A stretch of DNA of 64,000 nt from Candidatus Poribacteria bacterium (GTDB lineage Bacteria > Poribacteria > WGA-4E > WGA-3G). A model generated the notes under the pieces. It had not been told where the DNA came from and ran no database searches. It was given only the letters and a program-made list of their open reading frames with translations. This document shows positions 52,093 through 63,026 of this stretch, piece after piece. Made by a program: the position numbers and the translations under genes. The first letter of the stretch is position 1; the number at the start of each line of letters is the position of its first letter. The stretch covers positions 3,712,001-3,776,000 of the forward strand of contig CBDANF010000003.1 in the NCBI GenBank assembly GCA_965197475.1, written 5' to 3'.

Positions 52093-52318
52093 AGATGGGA
52101 ATCACCAAGCATTGTAAAAAACAGGTGTACACCGACTAACATAGTGCAGTAAATTCTTGCTATCCTTTTTAACGTTAAAAGACTCTATTATGTATACCGA
52201 ATCGATCAGAGTGTAATCAGGATGGACAGGAAAAACAGCCTTGTCCACTCTCCAAACGGTCCTGCTTGCTGGATGCAGCAGAACAAAAGGATAACTTCAA
52301 TCTTATAGGAGGAACACC

Positions 52319-53071
52319 ATGAAACGCAAACAATACTGGGGGCTTGTCGCTCTCATTATTCTAATGGCTGGGGTCGCCGTGTTATGGGTTCAACACGAAC
52401 GCTCAGATATCCGGCAACCTCAACAGGAGGCTGCTGAGGCAGACAAGTTAAAGGAAAGCGACAAGAAAAAAGAAACGCCAGAGGTGGTAAATGATCGCAG
52501 TGTCGGTGCTGAAAAAGCTAATATAGGAAAGGTCTCTGATGCAGATGTAGAAAAATTACACAAGGAGGTTGCTGCGGAGGGAAAAGTTTCTGATGCAGAT
52601 GTAGAAAAATTACTCAAGAAGGTTACTGCGGAGGAAGAAGAGGTGAAGGAAGTCCTCTCGGTTGAAGAGATAGCAAAACGAGAAATCAGGCAGCAACAGA
52701 AGAAGATTTTTACGCAAATCAAGGCATTGATAGCAGCAGAAGGAGGAGCTGTAAGCACTTCAACAATTGGCCGACAAAAGATGGATGAGTTCCTCCAGCT
52801 GCAAAGAGAGTTGTTTAATCTTCAGCAAGAAATAGATGGAATCCCGAATCTCAAGGTGAAGACCTTCTTTGATCTTGCAGTGATGGTGAACAGCAGCTTG
52901 AACCGAAATGATCAAATGCCTGTTTCTGAATATATAAAATTAGCGGATTACATGGAAACAGCAGGTGATGTTGAAGCCTCAATTAAGATGCGCGCCGTGG
53001 CACAACGTGCCATTGACAATGGAGACGAAGTTATTAAACCTGAGCACATAGCGGCAGAGGCAGCTAAATAA
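52319..53071 (+). CDS. Membrane-anchored helical hypothetical protein
   Basis: AGGAGG RBS; MKRKQYWGLVALII TM segment. Confidence 0.75.
   Translation: MKRKQYWGLVALIILMAGVAVLWVQHERSDIRQPQQEAAEADKLKESDKKKETPEVVNDRSVGAEKANIGKVSDADVEKLHKEVAAEGKVSDADVEKLLKKVTAEEEEVKEVLSVEEIAKREIRQQQKKIFTQIKALIAAEGGAVSTSTIGRQKMDEFLQLQRELFNLQQEIDGIPNLKVKTFFDLAVMVNSSLNRNDQMPVSEYIKLADYMETAGDVEASIKMRAVAQRAIDNGDEVIKPEHIAAEAAK
52526..52633 (+). repeat. 54-bp in-frame tandem duplication
   Basis: GKVSDADVEKLHKEVAAE / GKVSDADVEKLLKKVTAE. Confidence 0.85.
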
Positions 53072-53125
53072 TAAAGCACCTGCTGTCACCTCTATGAGGT
53101 TTTATGAAACGTCTGAATTATCTAC

Positions 53126-54479
53126 CTGATATTTCTCAGAATGGTCTTCAACCTAATAATCATCAATAGAAACAAGGTGTAACACCATGGAAATGCGTTT
53201 TTGCTGTGTCCATTTTCCTTGACTTTTATAGCATGAGAGCCCATCCTAATTACAGTTTCAGACATAAAATGCATTAGGAGGACATCTCATGCTAACTCAG
53301 CTTATCAAATCTATAACCTTTTTTCAACTACTTCTATCTTCACAGTTTCGCACCTTGAAACAGGGTCTTGTTCATACCTTAGTGTTTTTGTCAATCTGTC
53401 ATCTGTTTGGACTTACTAACCCGAATCAAGTGGCGGATGCGCTGTCTATTCCGAAAGCGAGACTATATCGGGCACTGAATACGATGAGTCTTTATCTCTG
53501 GCAGCATCTTTTTGTGCGTATCGGGTGTTCTATTGCGTTAGAGGTGCTACAGGAGGCAGTATCAAAAAGTGCTTCTACCCTATCGCGTCTGTGTATCGTC
53601 ATCAGTTGGATGATACCTTTGTTTTCCGTTATGGAGCGGAACTCTCCTACGTATCTGATTGGTGGTCTTCTCAAGCAAATCAGCCGATGAAGGGACAAAA
53701 TATATTGGGGATCACAATAAAGATTAAAAATCAGATCATTCCGCTGAATATGCGACTGATCAGCAAACAAGGACGCGGGAACACGGATAAACCCTCCTGT
53801 GTCATCACTATGTTCAAGGAAGTGGTGTTCTTCTTTGAAGAGACCGGAATAGATATCCGAAACTATCCGATCACCTTCGATGCGTGGTATGGCAGCCACC
53901 ACTTGATTGACACCTTGCGAGAAATGGGATTTGAAACGATCCTTGTGCACGGAAAAAGCAACTATGTGATGACGATTGATGAAAAAAAGGTGAAACTCTC
54001 GGAGCATAAAAAGTCGATCAAACTCCTCTCCAATCAATGGGGTTGCGATAAACCGGTCTATCGCACTAAAGCCACAAGTCCAACTTTTGGAAAAGTAGTG
54101 GTGTTGTTCTTGGCAGACCGTGGCAAAATCCGAACAATGCTGGTATTCGGGAAACCGCTGCGTGCGTGTGAAATCCTACGGATATGGTCTCAACACCACG
54201 GTATAGAACAGTATTGGCGGCATCTAAAAACAGACCTAAACCTCGCATCCATGAGCCTAAAAGGACGGAATGGCGCGTATGCGAACTTAGGTGTGAAAGT
54301 GATGAGCTACCTTTTGATACAGCAGGTCAGTCGCTCCGTGCGAAAAACCTTTCATCAAGGACAACTTGAACTTTCAGGACAGAGGCAGATGCTGTCTGAT
54401 CTCAGCGAGCATTTTCATGAACAAATACCAAGAAAACATTGATAAACATTGACATATGAAGAATTTTGATAAATATCAG
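53126..54479 (+). mobile_element. IS701-like element, copy 2 (1354 bp)
   Basis: Same IRs and internal sequence as 4617-5972; no TSD. Confidence 0.9.
53289..54442 (+). pseudogene. Frameshifted IS701-like transposase
   Basis: ATCAGTTGGATGAT versus ATCAGTGTGGATGAT in copy 1: a 1-bp deletion near 53606. Confidence 0.85.
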
Positions 54480-54570
54480 TCATTATTCTTTTGACGTGTG
54501 GTGTTTGTAGTCGCGCAATTCACGTGCCTCTTATTTTCATTTTCAAACAATTTATTAAGGAGTATTTGAT

Positions 54571-56415
54571 ATGCTTACCAAAGATTTCGTGCAGAACTAT
54601 CCACAAGAAAACCGGCTCTTTTTACCGGAAAAGGCAATTGCTCGGTTCGCCAGAGGGAGTGTATCTGCGACGGCAATATCCCCAGATGGAAATCTTATTG
54701 CTGTGGCATCCCGCATTGGTGTGTGGCTCTACGAAGCGCATACCGAGGATTTTGTAAGGCTAATCGCAGTAGATGGCACAGGTCTCCTTTCAAGGGTCGC
54801 CTTTTCTCCAGATGGCACTCAGATCGCAACGGGGGATTGGGATGGTATTGCGACACTGTGGGATGTTGCTACCGGAACAGAACTTGTTTCCTTCACTAAT
54901 ACAGATTATGTGACTTCAGTCGCTTTTTCTCCGGATGGAAAGTTTTTGGCAACTGGCACTCGGAATGATAAAGCAACACTGTGGGATATTGATACCGGTG
55001 TGGCACGATGGACTATTTCCCACGAAGATTGTGTGACTTCAACTACATTTTCGCTGGATGGATTGCTTTTGGCAACCAGTAGTTGGGATAGCACGGCAAA
55101 TTTGTGGGATGTAGAAACGGGTGAAAATCGTCGGTGTTTCAGCCATCAGAAGAAGGAGGTAGATATTACATTTGACTCGGGGCATGATTTCACCGTTAAT
55201 GATGGTGGTATTAATTGCATTGCCTTTTCACCGAATGGTCAATTTTTCGCCACAGGCGATCGCATTGCAAGCGACAGAGATGGTTGCACGACACTGTGGG
55301 ATGTTTAGAGTGGCGAAGCAATATGGGATTTCACTCATGAAAAATCTGCTACATCCATTGTTTTCTCAATAGATAATAGGTATATGGCAACCCGTTTTTC
55401 GGGCGGAGAGACGGACGTGCGTTGTATTACTGATGGTACTTCGGCATCTCTTAATGAGGGAAAATGGCCAAAAAGTACAAGGAAACCGCCTCTAAATCAT
55501 CCACGGGATTTATACGGTTGGCTCGTAAGTTTTTCGCCGGATGGGAAACACTTGATTAGTATGGCAGAATGTTCTGCAATCAAGGTGTGGGATGTCATAT
55601 CTGGAAAAAACATCAAGACAATTGATCGGGATATGGGACAAGCGGAATCTTTAACGTTTTCTGCCGAAGGCAACTATATTGGATTAAGCCGTTTCGTCGA
55701 GGATACAGCCACGTTATGGGTAGATGAGGAACAGATGGCAGTGTTCTCTATCAAAGATATTACGGCTGCTGCTATCTCTTTAGATAGCAAACTTGTGGCA
55801 ATTGGCGGTTTTGATGGAATGATCAACCTCTGGAGCGTAGAGACACAAGCACAGTTACAGACATTTTTTGGGCATACAGGATTAATTAAGACCCTTGCTT
55901 TCTCGCCTGATTGCACACGGTTAGTGAGTGGGGGTGGGCACAAAATGGAAATACAGGAAAAAGATGGAGCTGAATATATATTCATGAGTGGAGATAGCCC
56001 TATGGACCAAACCGCCAAAGTCTGGGATATTGAAACAGGAATGGAGATTGCCATTCTTCAACATCCCACCGTAGTTGGGGTGGTTGTCTTCTCACCTGAT
56101 AGCACACGCCTTGCCACAGCCTCTGGAAAAAAAGTTTATCTATGGGATACAAGGACGTGGCAAGAAAATGTTGCATTTGAAACAGGATCGGTTGAGTCAT
56201 TTGCATTTTCACCGAATGGCACTTTCCTTGCCGTTGGAGGTACAGGTCGGAACCCGAAAATTCAGATATGGAATGTAGAGACGGCAGAACTCGTTGTAGA
56301 ATTTTCTGGACATAAGAGTGATGTGGAATCTGTTGCGTTTTCTCCCGATGGCACGCTACTCGCAAGTGGAGGCTTTGACGGTGTTATCTATTTATGGGAT
56401 ATGATACCAAATTAA
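54571..56415 (+). pseudogene. WD40-repeat protein with in-frame TAG at 55306-55308
   Basis: The two ORFs are in the same frame; LWDV*SGEAIW corresponds to LWDVESGE; paralog of 57117-58652. Confidence 0.85.
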
Positions 56416-56429
56416 CTTGATCCCACTCG

Positions 56430-56760
56430 GTAGGTGCCGTTTCTAACCGCACCCATAGGCGTCAATTTAGTGGTTTTTCAAATATGAGAATGCTCTTTAG
56501 TCCCGCCGAATGCCATACGCGCATTCGGCGTTGATTTGGTAGGGACGATATGTTTATAGCAACAGAAGCACCCCCAATTCTTTGGTTTTCCCATAGGGGC
56601 GGAATGTTTATAGCGTTTTATTTCACATTTCGCTCGGACGGAGTTAAAGAGATGGATTATCTCGTTTCTATAAACATATTGTCCCTATAGGACTAAATAT
56701 AGGACAGTCTCAATAGTCAGGCCTATTGAGAAGTGTTCATAAACGGACAGACATTTTCTT
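56430..56760. repeat. REP plus composite repeat; ~56690-56760 is an inverted copy of ~19670-19745
   Basis: GTAGGTGCCGTTTCTAACCGCACC; shared GGACAGTCTCAAT..GCCTATTGAGAAGTGTTCATAAA. Confidence 0.65.
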
Positions 56761-57021
56761 CTGATATTTCTCATAATTATTCCGAACCTAATAACCACCA
56801 CCCTAAAGCACGTGGACAGACATAAAAATGCGTATTCGTCATGATGATTTTGCCTGTTTTTTTCGTAGGTAAACCCATTTAATTGACAATTTCACTCTGT
56901 TTTGTGTTGAAAATAAAGTGATTTTCTCGGACAATAGGTGCATATCAATTAGCATTTTCATTATCTCATATTGAGAAAGCGTTGATAGATATTGACTTCT
57001 GAGCGTTTTGAGAAATATCAG
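56761..57021. mobile_element. 261-bp non-autonomous MITE of the IS701-like element
   Basis: CTGATATTTCTCA / TGAGAAATATCAG perfect 13-bp IR matching the IS left end; subterminal AACCTAATAA shared; CTT direct repeat on both flanks. Confidence 0.85.
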
Positions 57022-57116
57022 CTTAGTTATTGTTCTTTTGACGTGTGCTGTTTGTAGTCGCGCAATTCACGTGCCTCTTATTTTTATTTTCAAATTGTTT
57101 TTACGGAGTGTTTAAT

Positions 57117-58652
57117 ATGCAAACCAAAGATTTCGTGCAGAACTATCCACAAGAAAACAGGCTCTTTTTACCTGAAAAGGCAATTGCTCGGTTCGGCAGG
57201 GGAGGTATATCTGATACTGCCATTTCTCCAGATAGGAATCTTATTGCTGTGGCATCCCGTATCGGTGTATGGCTCTACGAAGCGCACACTGAGGATTTTG
57301 TAAGATTATTCGCTGTAGAAGGCACGGGACTTCTCTCTGCTGTTACTTTTTCTCCAGACAGTACCCGAATCGCAACGGGAAATTGGGATGGTATTGCGAC
57401 ACTGTGGGACGTTGCTACCGGAACAGAGATCGTTGCCTTCAAGAATACAGATTATGTGAGTTCAGTTGCCTTTTCGCCCGATGGCACGCTTTTGGCAGCT
57501 GGCACTCGGAATGGTAATGCGACACTGTGGGATATTGATACTGGTGAAGCGCGTTGGACTATCCCTCACAACGATTCTGTGTCTTCAGTTGATTTTTCTC
57601 AGGATGGGTTGCTTTTGGCTACCCGTTTTTCGGAGGGTGAAACCGATGTGCGTTGTGTTGCTGATGGCACTTCGGCATATCTTCAAGACGGAAGATGGAC
57701 AGATAGAAAAATAAAGGATCTCTCTCTCACGCATCCACGCAGTTGGTACAGTTGGCTTGTCAGTTTTTCGCCTGATGGAAGACACGTAGTTGGTATGTCA
57801 GAACTTTCTGCTATCAAGGTATGGGATATCGTATCTGGAAAAGACATCAAGACAATTGATCGAGAGGTGGGACAAGCGAAATCACTAACGTTTTCAGCCG
57901 AAGGAAACTATATTGGATTAAGCCGTTCAGAAAATGCAGCTATTCTATTGATAGATGAAGAACAGAAAGCTGCATTTGATCATCAGACAGAAGTTCTGTC
58001 TGCCGCAGTTTCTCCAAGTGCTATGCTTGCAGCTACGGGCGGTATAGATAGAGAGGTCAAACTCTGGAATATCGCGACACAAGAACATTTACGGACGTTT
58101 TCTGGTCATATAGGGGCAGTGTATGTTGTCACATTCTCACCTGATGATACACTTCTGGTAAGTGGGGGAGGACGCAATTTTGAAATACAGGAAGAAGATG
58201 GATTCCTTTATTTCATTTCTCCTGAGGGGAGTCCTATTGACCAGACTGCAAAGGTCTGGGAGGTTGGCACAGGGAAAGAGATTGCTACCCTCGAACATCC
58301 TTCTTTGGTCAGAGAAGTTACCTTTTCACCTGATAGCACCTATCTTGCCACAACCTCTGAAAACAAGGTTTATCTATGGGATACAAAGACGGGGCAGAAA
58401 AATGTGACACTTGAAACAGTCAGGGTTGAGTCATTTGTATTTTCTCCGAACAGTTCTCTTCTCGTTGTTGGCGGTAGAGGAAAAAATGCGAATATTCAAA
58501 TCTGGGATGTGGAAACAGCACAGCTCGTTGTAGAATTTTCTGGTCATAAAAGTGATGTAGAATCTGTTACTTTTTCGCCAGATGGGACGCTTTTGGCAAG
58601 TGGAGGCTATGACGGTGTCATCTATTTATGGGATATGAAACCGTATCAGTAA
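57117..58652 (+). CDS. WD40-repeat protein
   Basis: GGAG RBS before MQTKDF; many FSPDG...LWD repeats. Confidence 0.9.
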   Translation: MQTKDFVQNYPQENRLFLPEKAIARFGRGGISDTAISPDRNLIAVASRIGVWLYEAHTEDFVRLFAVEGTGLLSAVTFSPDSTRIATGNWDGIATLWDVATGTEIVAFKNTDYVSSVAFSPDGTLLAAGTRNGNATLWDIDTGEARWTIPHNDSVSSVDFSQDGLLLATRFSEGETDVRCVADGTSAYLQDGRWTDRKIKDLSLTHPRSWYSWLVSFSPDGRHVVGMSELSAIKVWDIVSGKDIKTIDREVGQAKSLTFSAEGNYIGLSRSENAAILLIDEEQKAAFDHQTEVLSAAVSPSAMLAATGGIDREVKLWNIATQEHLRTFSGHIGAVYVVTFSPDDTLLVSGGGRNFEIQEEDGFLYFISPEGSPIDQTAKVWEVGTGKEIATLEHPSLVREVTFSPDSTYLATTSENKVYLWDTKTGQKNVTLETVRVESFVFSPNSSLLVVGGRGKNANIQIWDVETAQLVVEFSGHKSDVESVTFSPDGTLLASGGYDGVIYLWDMKPYQ

Positions 58653-58670
58653 AACGCAAGGAGATATTTT

Positions 58671-60761
58671 ATGGAAAACAAAAAGTCAGTAGTTCCCGTT
58701 CCAGTAGGGAACTACGGAGATGACGTAACTACATGGGCACTCCCCGAAGGTGCAGTTGCTCGATTAGGGCGCGGCTGGGTGCCTGATATTGCGTTTTCCT
58801 CAGATGAACGTTATCTTGCTGTCGGAACTTGGGTAGGACTATGGTTGTATGACTTGGAAATGCTATCTCCTGTCGCATTATGGGAAACGAAACGGGGTAT
58901 GGTTGGATGTGTTACCTTTTCACCTAACGGAAAATGGATTGCTGTCAGCAATTCAGATCGAATTTTAAAAGTATTGGATATCCGGAATAGTGCATGCTTA
59001 ACACAAGTAGAGTCGGATGATTATATTACAGGACTAACTTTTTCACCTGATAGTCAATATCTTGCAGCTGCCTATGCAAGTTCTCATACCGTTGAAATCT
59101 GGCATGCAAAAACTGGCGAACTGTTTGCTAAATTCACTGCAAACGTTAAGAAAGCTCGTTTTACCCGTCCTATCTGTTTTTCACCTGATACGCAACTGAT
59201 AGCATCTACGTGCATCATTGACACGGATCACAATGCAGATGCAATAGTAGTCTGGGATATGGAAAGTGGTCAACAAATTGCATCTCTCATTGCACACACC
59301 AAAGAGATAACTAAGATCTGCTTTTCACCGTGTGGACAGTTTCTCGCCTCTGGCGGTGAAGATGGCGCAGTGTACGTCTGGAATGTTAACACTTGGCAAC
59401 AGGTGCAGGCATACACAGATTTTGGTGACGTATATCGCATCATTCCTTCCTATTCACCGGAGGGAATCCTCCGTGCTGCGATTATGGCTTATGAGGATAC
59501 CGCTCCTTCCACTATCTCTGTTTGTAACTTGGAAAGCGGAGAACAACTTTATACTGATCAAATATTAGGAAATACCGAAGACTATTCCTATTTCAATCAT
59601 TGGGGTAAAACCATAGTCTTTTCGAACGGTTCGCAGCTTGCTTATGAATGCAGACACGATTTCATCAACGTGTGGACACTTGCTAACTCTAACACGCGCC
59701 AGCTTACCCATTCGCCTATCTCTTATCCTACATCGGTAGTGTTTTCGGATGATGGAAACACCTTAGCCGCTGAACATTATCACGAGGGTGTAGTGTTATG
59801 GGATGTTGCAAGCAGGCGTTCACGTCCTGCAGTTAAAGTGGAATCTGCTGAGAAAAATCAGTTTGTATATAAATCTGAGAGCGAAAAACTCCATGTCGCT
59901 AGCATCAAAGATGACACTGTTACACTTTGGGAGGCTGATCGCGATAGAACTCCGCTTATTGAAGGAACAGGACGCAAATATTGGAGTGCATTTCCTGCAT
60001 TATCACCAACAGGAACACTTTTCGCTTATGCTGACGCAGATGGCAACCTAAAAGTGTGGGATGTGCAAAGTGGGGAGAAACTTCATGAATTAACACATCC
60101 GCTTTATCAAGACGATGAAGATGATGAAGATGATGAAGATAACGAAGATAAAATTAGTGAGTTAGCGTTCAGTCCCGATGGAAGTCTTCTCACAAGTGAG
60201 TCGCGTTTCACACCTATTCGGCTGTGGGATATGGAACATGGTGAAGAAATAATCGCATTTCCGGGTGATAGCCTTGGAGGAATCATAGGATTTTCTCCCT
60301 GTGGCAAGTATCTCGCTTGTCTTGGAGAATATGTCCAATTGTGGGACATCACCCATGGCGAAATGTTCATAACGTCTATAACACAAGATCAGGTGACAGA
60401 CGAGTTCGCGTTTTCGCCGTGTGGGCGGTACTTGGCTGCAGGTATGAACGAAATTATGCTGTGGGACATCACGCGCTGTGAACTCCACATGCATCTCTCG
60501 CTGCCAAAGGAATGTCAGAAAATGTTTCCATTAGCATTTTCGCAGTGTGGGGACTATTTTGCCGCAGGCGCATGGTGGCAACCCGGTATGGAGAAGATGC
60601 CGATCTGTTTGTGGGAAGTAGAAACGGGTAAACATCTTGTCACCTTTTGGGGACATGGCACAGACATGCAGGCACTGGCATTTTCACCTGATAATAAACT
60701 CTTAGCGAGTGCAAGTTATGATGGCTCCATACTCCTATGGGATTTGATGCCTTATCTGTAA
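58671..60761 (+). CDS. WD40-repeat protein with acidic loop ((GATGAAGAT)3 at 60114-60140)
   Basis: TWALPEGAVARLGRG start; FSPxG and GH..WD repeats. Confidence 0.9.
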   Translation: MENKKSVVPVPVGNYGDDVTTWALPEGAVARLGRGWVPDIAFSSDERYLAVGTWVGLWLYDLEMLSPVALWETKRGMVGCVTFSPNGKWIAVSNSDRILKVLDIRNSACLTQVESDDYITGLTFSPDSQYLAAAYASSHTVEIWHAKTGELFAKFTANVKKARFTRPICFSPDTQLIASTCIIDTDHNADAIVVWDMESGQQIASLIAHTKEITKICFSPCGQFLASGGEDGAVYVWNVNTWQQVQAYTDFGDVYRIIPSYSPEGILRAAIMAYEDTAPSTISVCNLESGEQLYTDQILGNTEDYSYFNHWGKTIVFSNGSQLAYECRHDFINVWTLANSNTRQLTHSPISYPTSVVFSDDGNTLAAEHYHEGVVLWDVASRRSRPAVKVESAEKNQFVYKSESEKLHVASIKDDTVTLWEADRDRTPLIEGTGRKYWSAFPALSPTGTLFAYADADGNLKVWDVQSGEKLHELTHPLYQDDEDDEDDEDNEDKISELAFSPDGSLLTSESRFTPIRLWDMEHGEEIIAFPGDSLGGIIGFSPCGKYLACLGEYVQLWDITHGEMFITSITQDQVTDEFAFSPCGRYLAAGMNEIMLWDITRCELHMHLSLPKECQKMFPLAFSQCGDYFAAGAWWQPGMEKMPICLWEVETGKHLVTFWGHGTDMQALAFSPDNKLLASASYDGSILLWDLMPYL

Positions 60762-60822
60762 CGTGCTTCACATTGTCTTTGTTTCTAAATATCTACTGAG
60801 AATAACACTAAGGAATTTAGTC

Positions 60823-62934
60823 ATGCAAAAAACGATTCAAATTCAGGATATGTCAGATAGGGATGCTTTCACCACCTGGAGATTACCACAGGGTGCAATT
60901 GCGCGCTTCGGACAAGGGCAGGTCATTGATTTAGCTGTTTCACCGGATGGGAGGTGTCTCGCTGTTGGAAGTTGGGCAGGCGTGTGGTGGTATGACCTCA
61001 CCACACGCACCCCTATTACGCTGTTTGAAACGGATCGGGGTATGATTGACTGTATTGCCCTATGCTCCGCAACTGAAAAACCGTGGTTAGCCATCTTAAA
61101 TTCTGATAGTAATGGTAATCAGGTGGTCAAAGTGTGGAATGTGCAAACAGGGGATTTGGGGGCTGTTATGGACATGCCTCCGCAGCCTATTAGAGATTTA
61201 CTCTGTTTTTCTCCATCGGGACAATGGCTTGCTGCGATTTGTGGAAGTATTGCAGAACTAAATGCCGAGTGTGCTGTTTATATCTGGCATGCGGCAACTG
61301 GTGCCCTGGACACAGAACTAAAGGACGTTCCTGAAGAAATTGGATTGCCTAACGATGAAAATGAACAATTTTACAATTCACCAGGTGCTTTGACATTTTC
61401 ACACGACAATCGCTTTCTTGCATGGTGTATCACTCCCTATGCGCTTGCAAGTGCGGGGTTCGCCGATTTCATTTCCGTATGGGATATAACAACCTGTGAA
61501 CGCATCACTCGCCTCATGGGACATCCCGAAGGTGTGCAATCTCTCAGTTTTTCACCTTGTGGACAGTTCCTTGCCGCTGGAGGGGTAAAGGGGACTGTTC
61601 AAATATGGGATACTTCCACTTGGCAGCTGCATCAGACATATCCATCGTTCGGTGATCATCTGATGAATGTTTCCTATACCCCCGATGGCATCCTGCGTGC
61701 AGCGGGCATCTCTCATGATGAGACCACAATTGCTATATGGGACGTGGGACAGCGTGAAAAACGTTACGTTTTTGAGAATTGGGAGATTGAAAGTTCTCGC
61801 TTTTCCCACGGAATGCATCTCGCTTTGAAAAGCGATTTTGAAGTGAAAGTAAAGACGGTGAGGGATACTGATGCTTTATCTATACTGCCATGGGAACTCG
61901 GTTATCCACATTCTATGGTATTTTCACTTGATGGAAAAACACTCTGTACAGGGTACCGTAATTTTGGAGGTATTGTGCTATGGGACGTAGCAAGTCATTG
62001 CCACCAGCATGTAGACGTTGAACCGCGCTGTGAGACCTATGCCGTTTTTGTAACCTACATAGGAAAACTCTGTGTCGCCGGTTTCCCACCGGAACCTTCT
62101 GATGAGTCCTTCTGGGGAGATGTGCTTTTTTTGTGGGAGCTTGGACAAAGTGAACCGATAGCCAAACTGACGGTTCCTGAGCCTGATCGGTTCGCGATGG
62201 CATATTCACCCACCACAAATCTCCTTGCCTGTGGGAATGGAACCGATATTGATGACTGGCATGAAAATGACCCTGAAAACGGTGCCGTCTATGTATGGGA
62301 TGTCGCAAGCGGACAGATGCAACACATACTCAGAGGTAAACATACGGATGGTATCAATTTTGTGAAGTTCAGTCCAGATGGCACACGCCTTATCAGCAGA
62401 GATACTGACAGCACAGTTCGGTTGTGGGACGTGATGTGCGGTGAAGAAATCGGTGAATTCCCAGAAAATTTTTTGATGCATGGTCCTTTTGACGAGGAAT
62501 ACATAGACACGTTAGAAGAACGGTTTGAAGAGTTAACCGCTTTTGTACCCCAGGTGTTTTCTCCATGTGGAAATCTAATTGCTGGTAAGTTTAGCGATGA
62601 TAGAATACTTGTGTGGGATATTGAGCAGTGTGAAGCACGCGTGGCAATACACATACCTCTTGTAGTGTCAAATACTGAAACTAGTATCCCCTCTGTAGAT
62701 CCGATAGAGTTTTCTCCTTGCGGACAGTATTTGGCTTATGGTGAAGTTTGGGAACCAGGTGTAGAGAAAGTTCCTGTTCGGTTATGGGATATTCGCACCG
62801 GTGAAAATATCGTCACTTTTCTGGGACATCCAACAGATATTCAATGTCTTGCGTTTTCACCGGATAGCACTATCTTGGCAAGTGGTGGTTTTGATGGCAC
62901 CATCCTCCTTTGGGATCTAACGCCATATCTGTAA
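60823..62934 (+). CDS. WD40-repeat protein
   Basis: AAGGA RBS before MQKT; TWRLPQGAIARFGQG; WD repeats. Confidence 0.9.
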   Translation: MQKTIQIQDMSDRDAFTTWRLPQGAIARFGQGQVIDLAVSPDGRCLAVGSWAGVWWYDLTTRTPITLFETDRGMIDCIALCSATEKPWLAILNSDSNGNQVVKVWNVQTGDLGAVMDMPPQPIRDLLCFSPSGQWLAAICGSIAELNAECAVYIWHAATGALDTELKDVPEEIGLPNDENEQFYNSPGALTFSHDNRFLAWCITPYALASAGFADFISVWDITTCERITRLMGHPEGVQSLSFSPCGQFLAAGGVKGTVQIWDTSTWQLHQTYPSFGDHLMNVSYTPDGILRAAGISHDETTIAIWDVGQREKRYVFENWEIESSRFSHGMHLALKSDFEVKVKTVRDTDALSILPWELGYPHSMVFSLDGKTLCTGYRNFGGIVLWDVASHCHQHVDVEPRCETYAVFVTYIGKLCVAGFPPEPSDESFWGDVLFLWELGQSEPIAKLTVPEPDRFAMAYSPTTNLLACGNGTDIDDWHENDPENGAVYVWDVASGQMQHILRGKHTDGINFVKFSPDGTRLISRDTDSTVRLWDVMCGEEIGEFPENFLMHGPFDEEYIDTLEERFEELTAFVPQVFSPCGNLIAGKFSDDRILVWDIEQCEARVAIHIPLVVSNTETSIPSVDPIEFSPCGQYLAYGEVWEPGVEKVPVRLWDIRTGENIVTFLGHPTDIQCLAFSPDSTILASGGFDGTILLWDLTPYL

Positions 62935-62957
62935 TTTCTTTCCAATTATGACAATTC

Positions 62958-62986
62958 TGCAACCTTTCCACCTAATAATCGCGTCA
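62958..62986 (+). promoter_or_regulatory. ECF-type promoter
   Basis: TGCAAC-17-GCGTCA. Confidence 0.7.
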
Positions 62987-63026
62987 CCAAGAATTGTAAG
63001 TCTAAATTGATTATAGGAGTTCTCAA

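Noticed and set aside
55306-55308. In-frame TAG as pyrrolysine or recoding
   Set aside because: TAG is a normal stop elsewhere in the window (e.g. trpB, uvrA, era); a single GAG-to-TAG change explains it.
54571-58652. Paralogous WD40 ends as a DGR template/variable repeat pair
   Set aside because: Differences are mostly synonymous third-position changes, not adenine-specific, and no reverse transcriptase is present.
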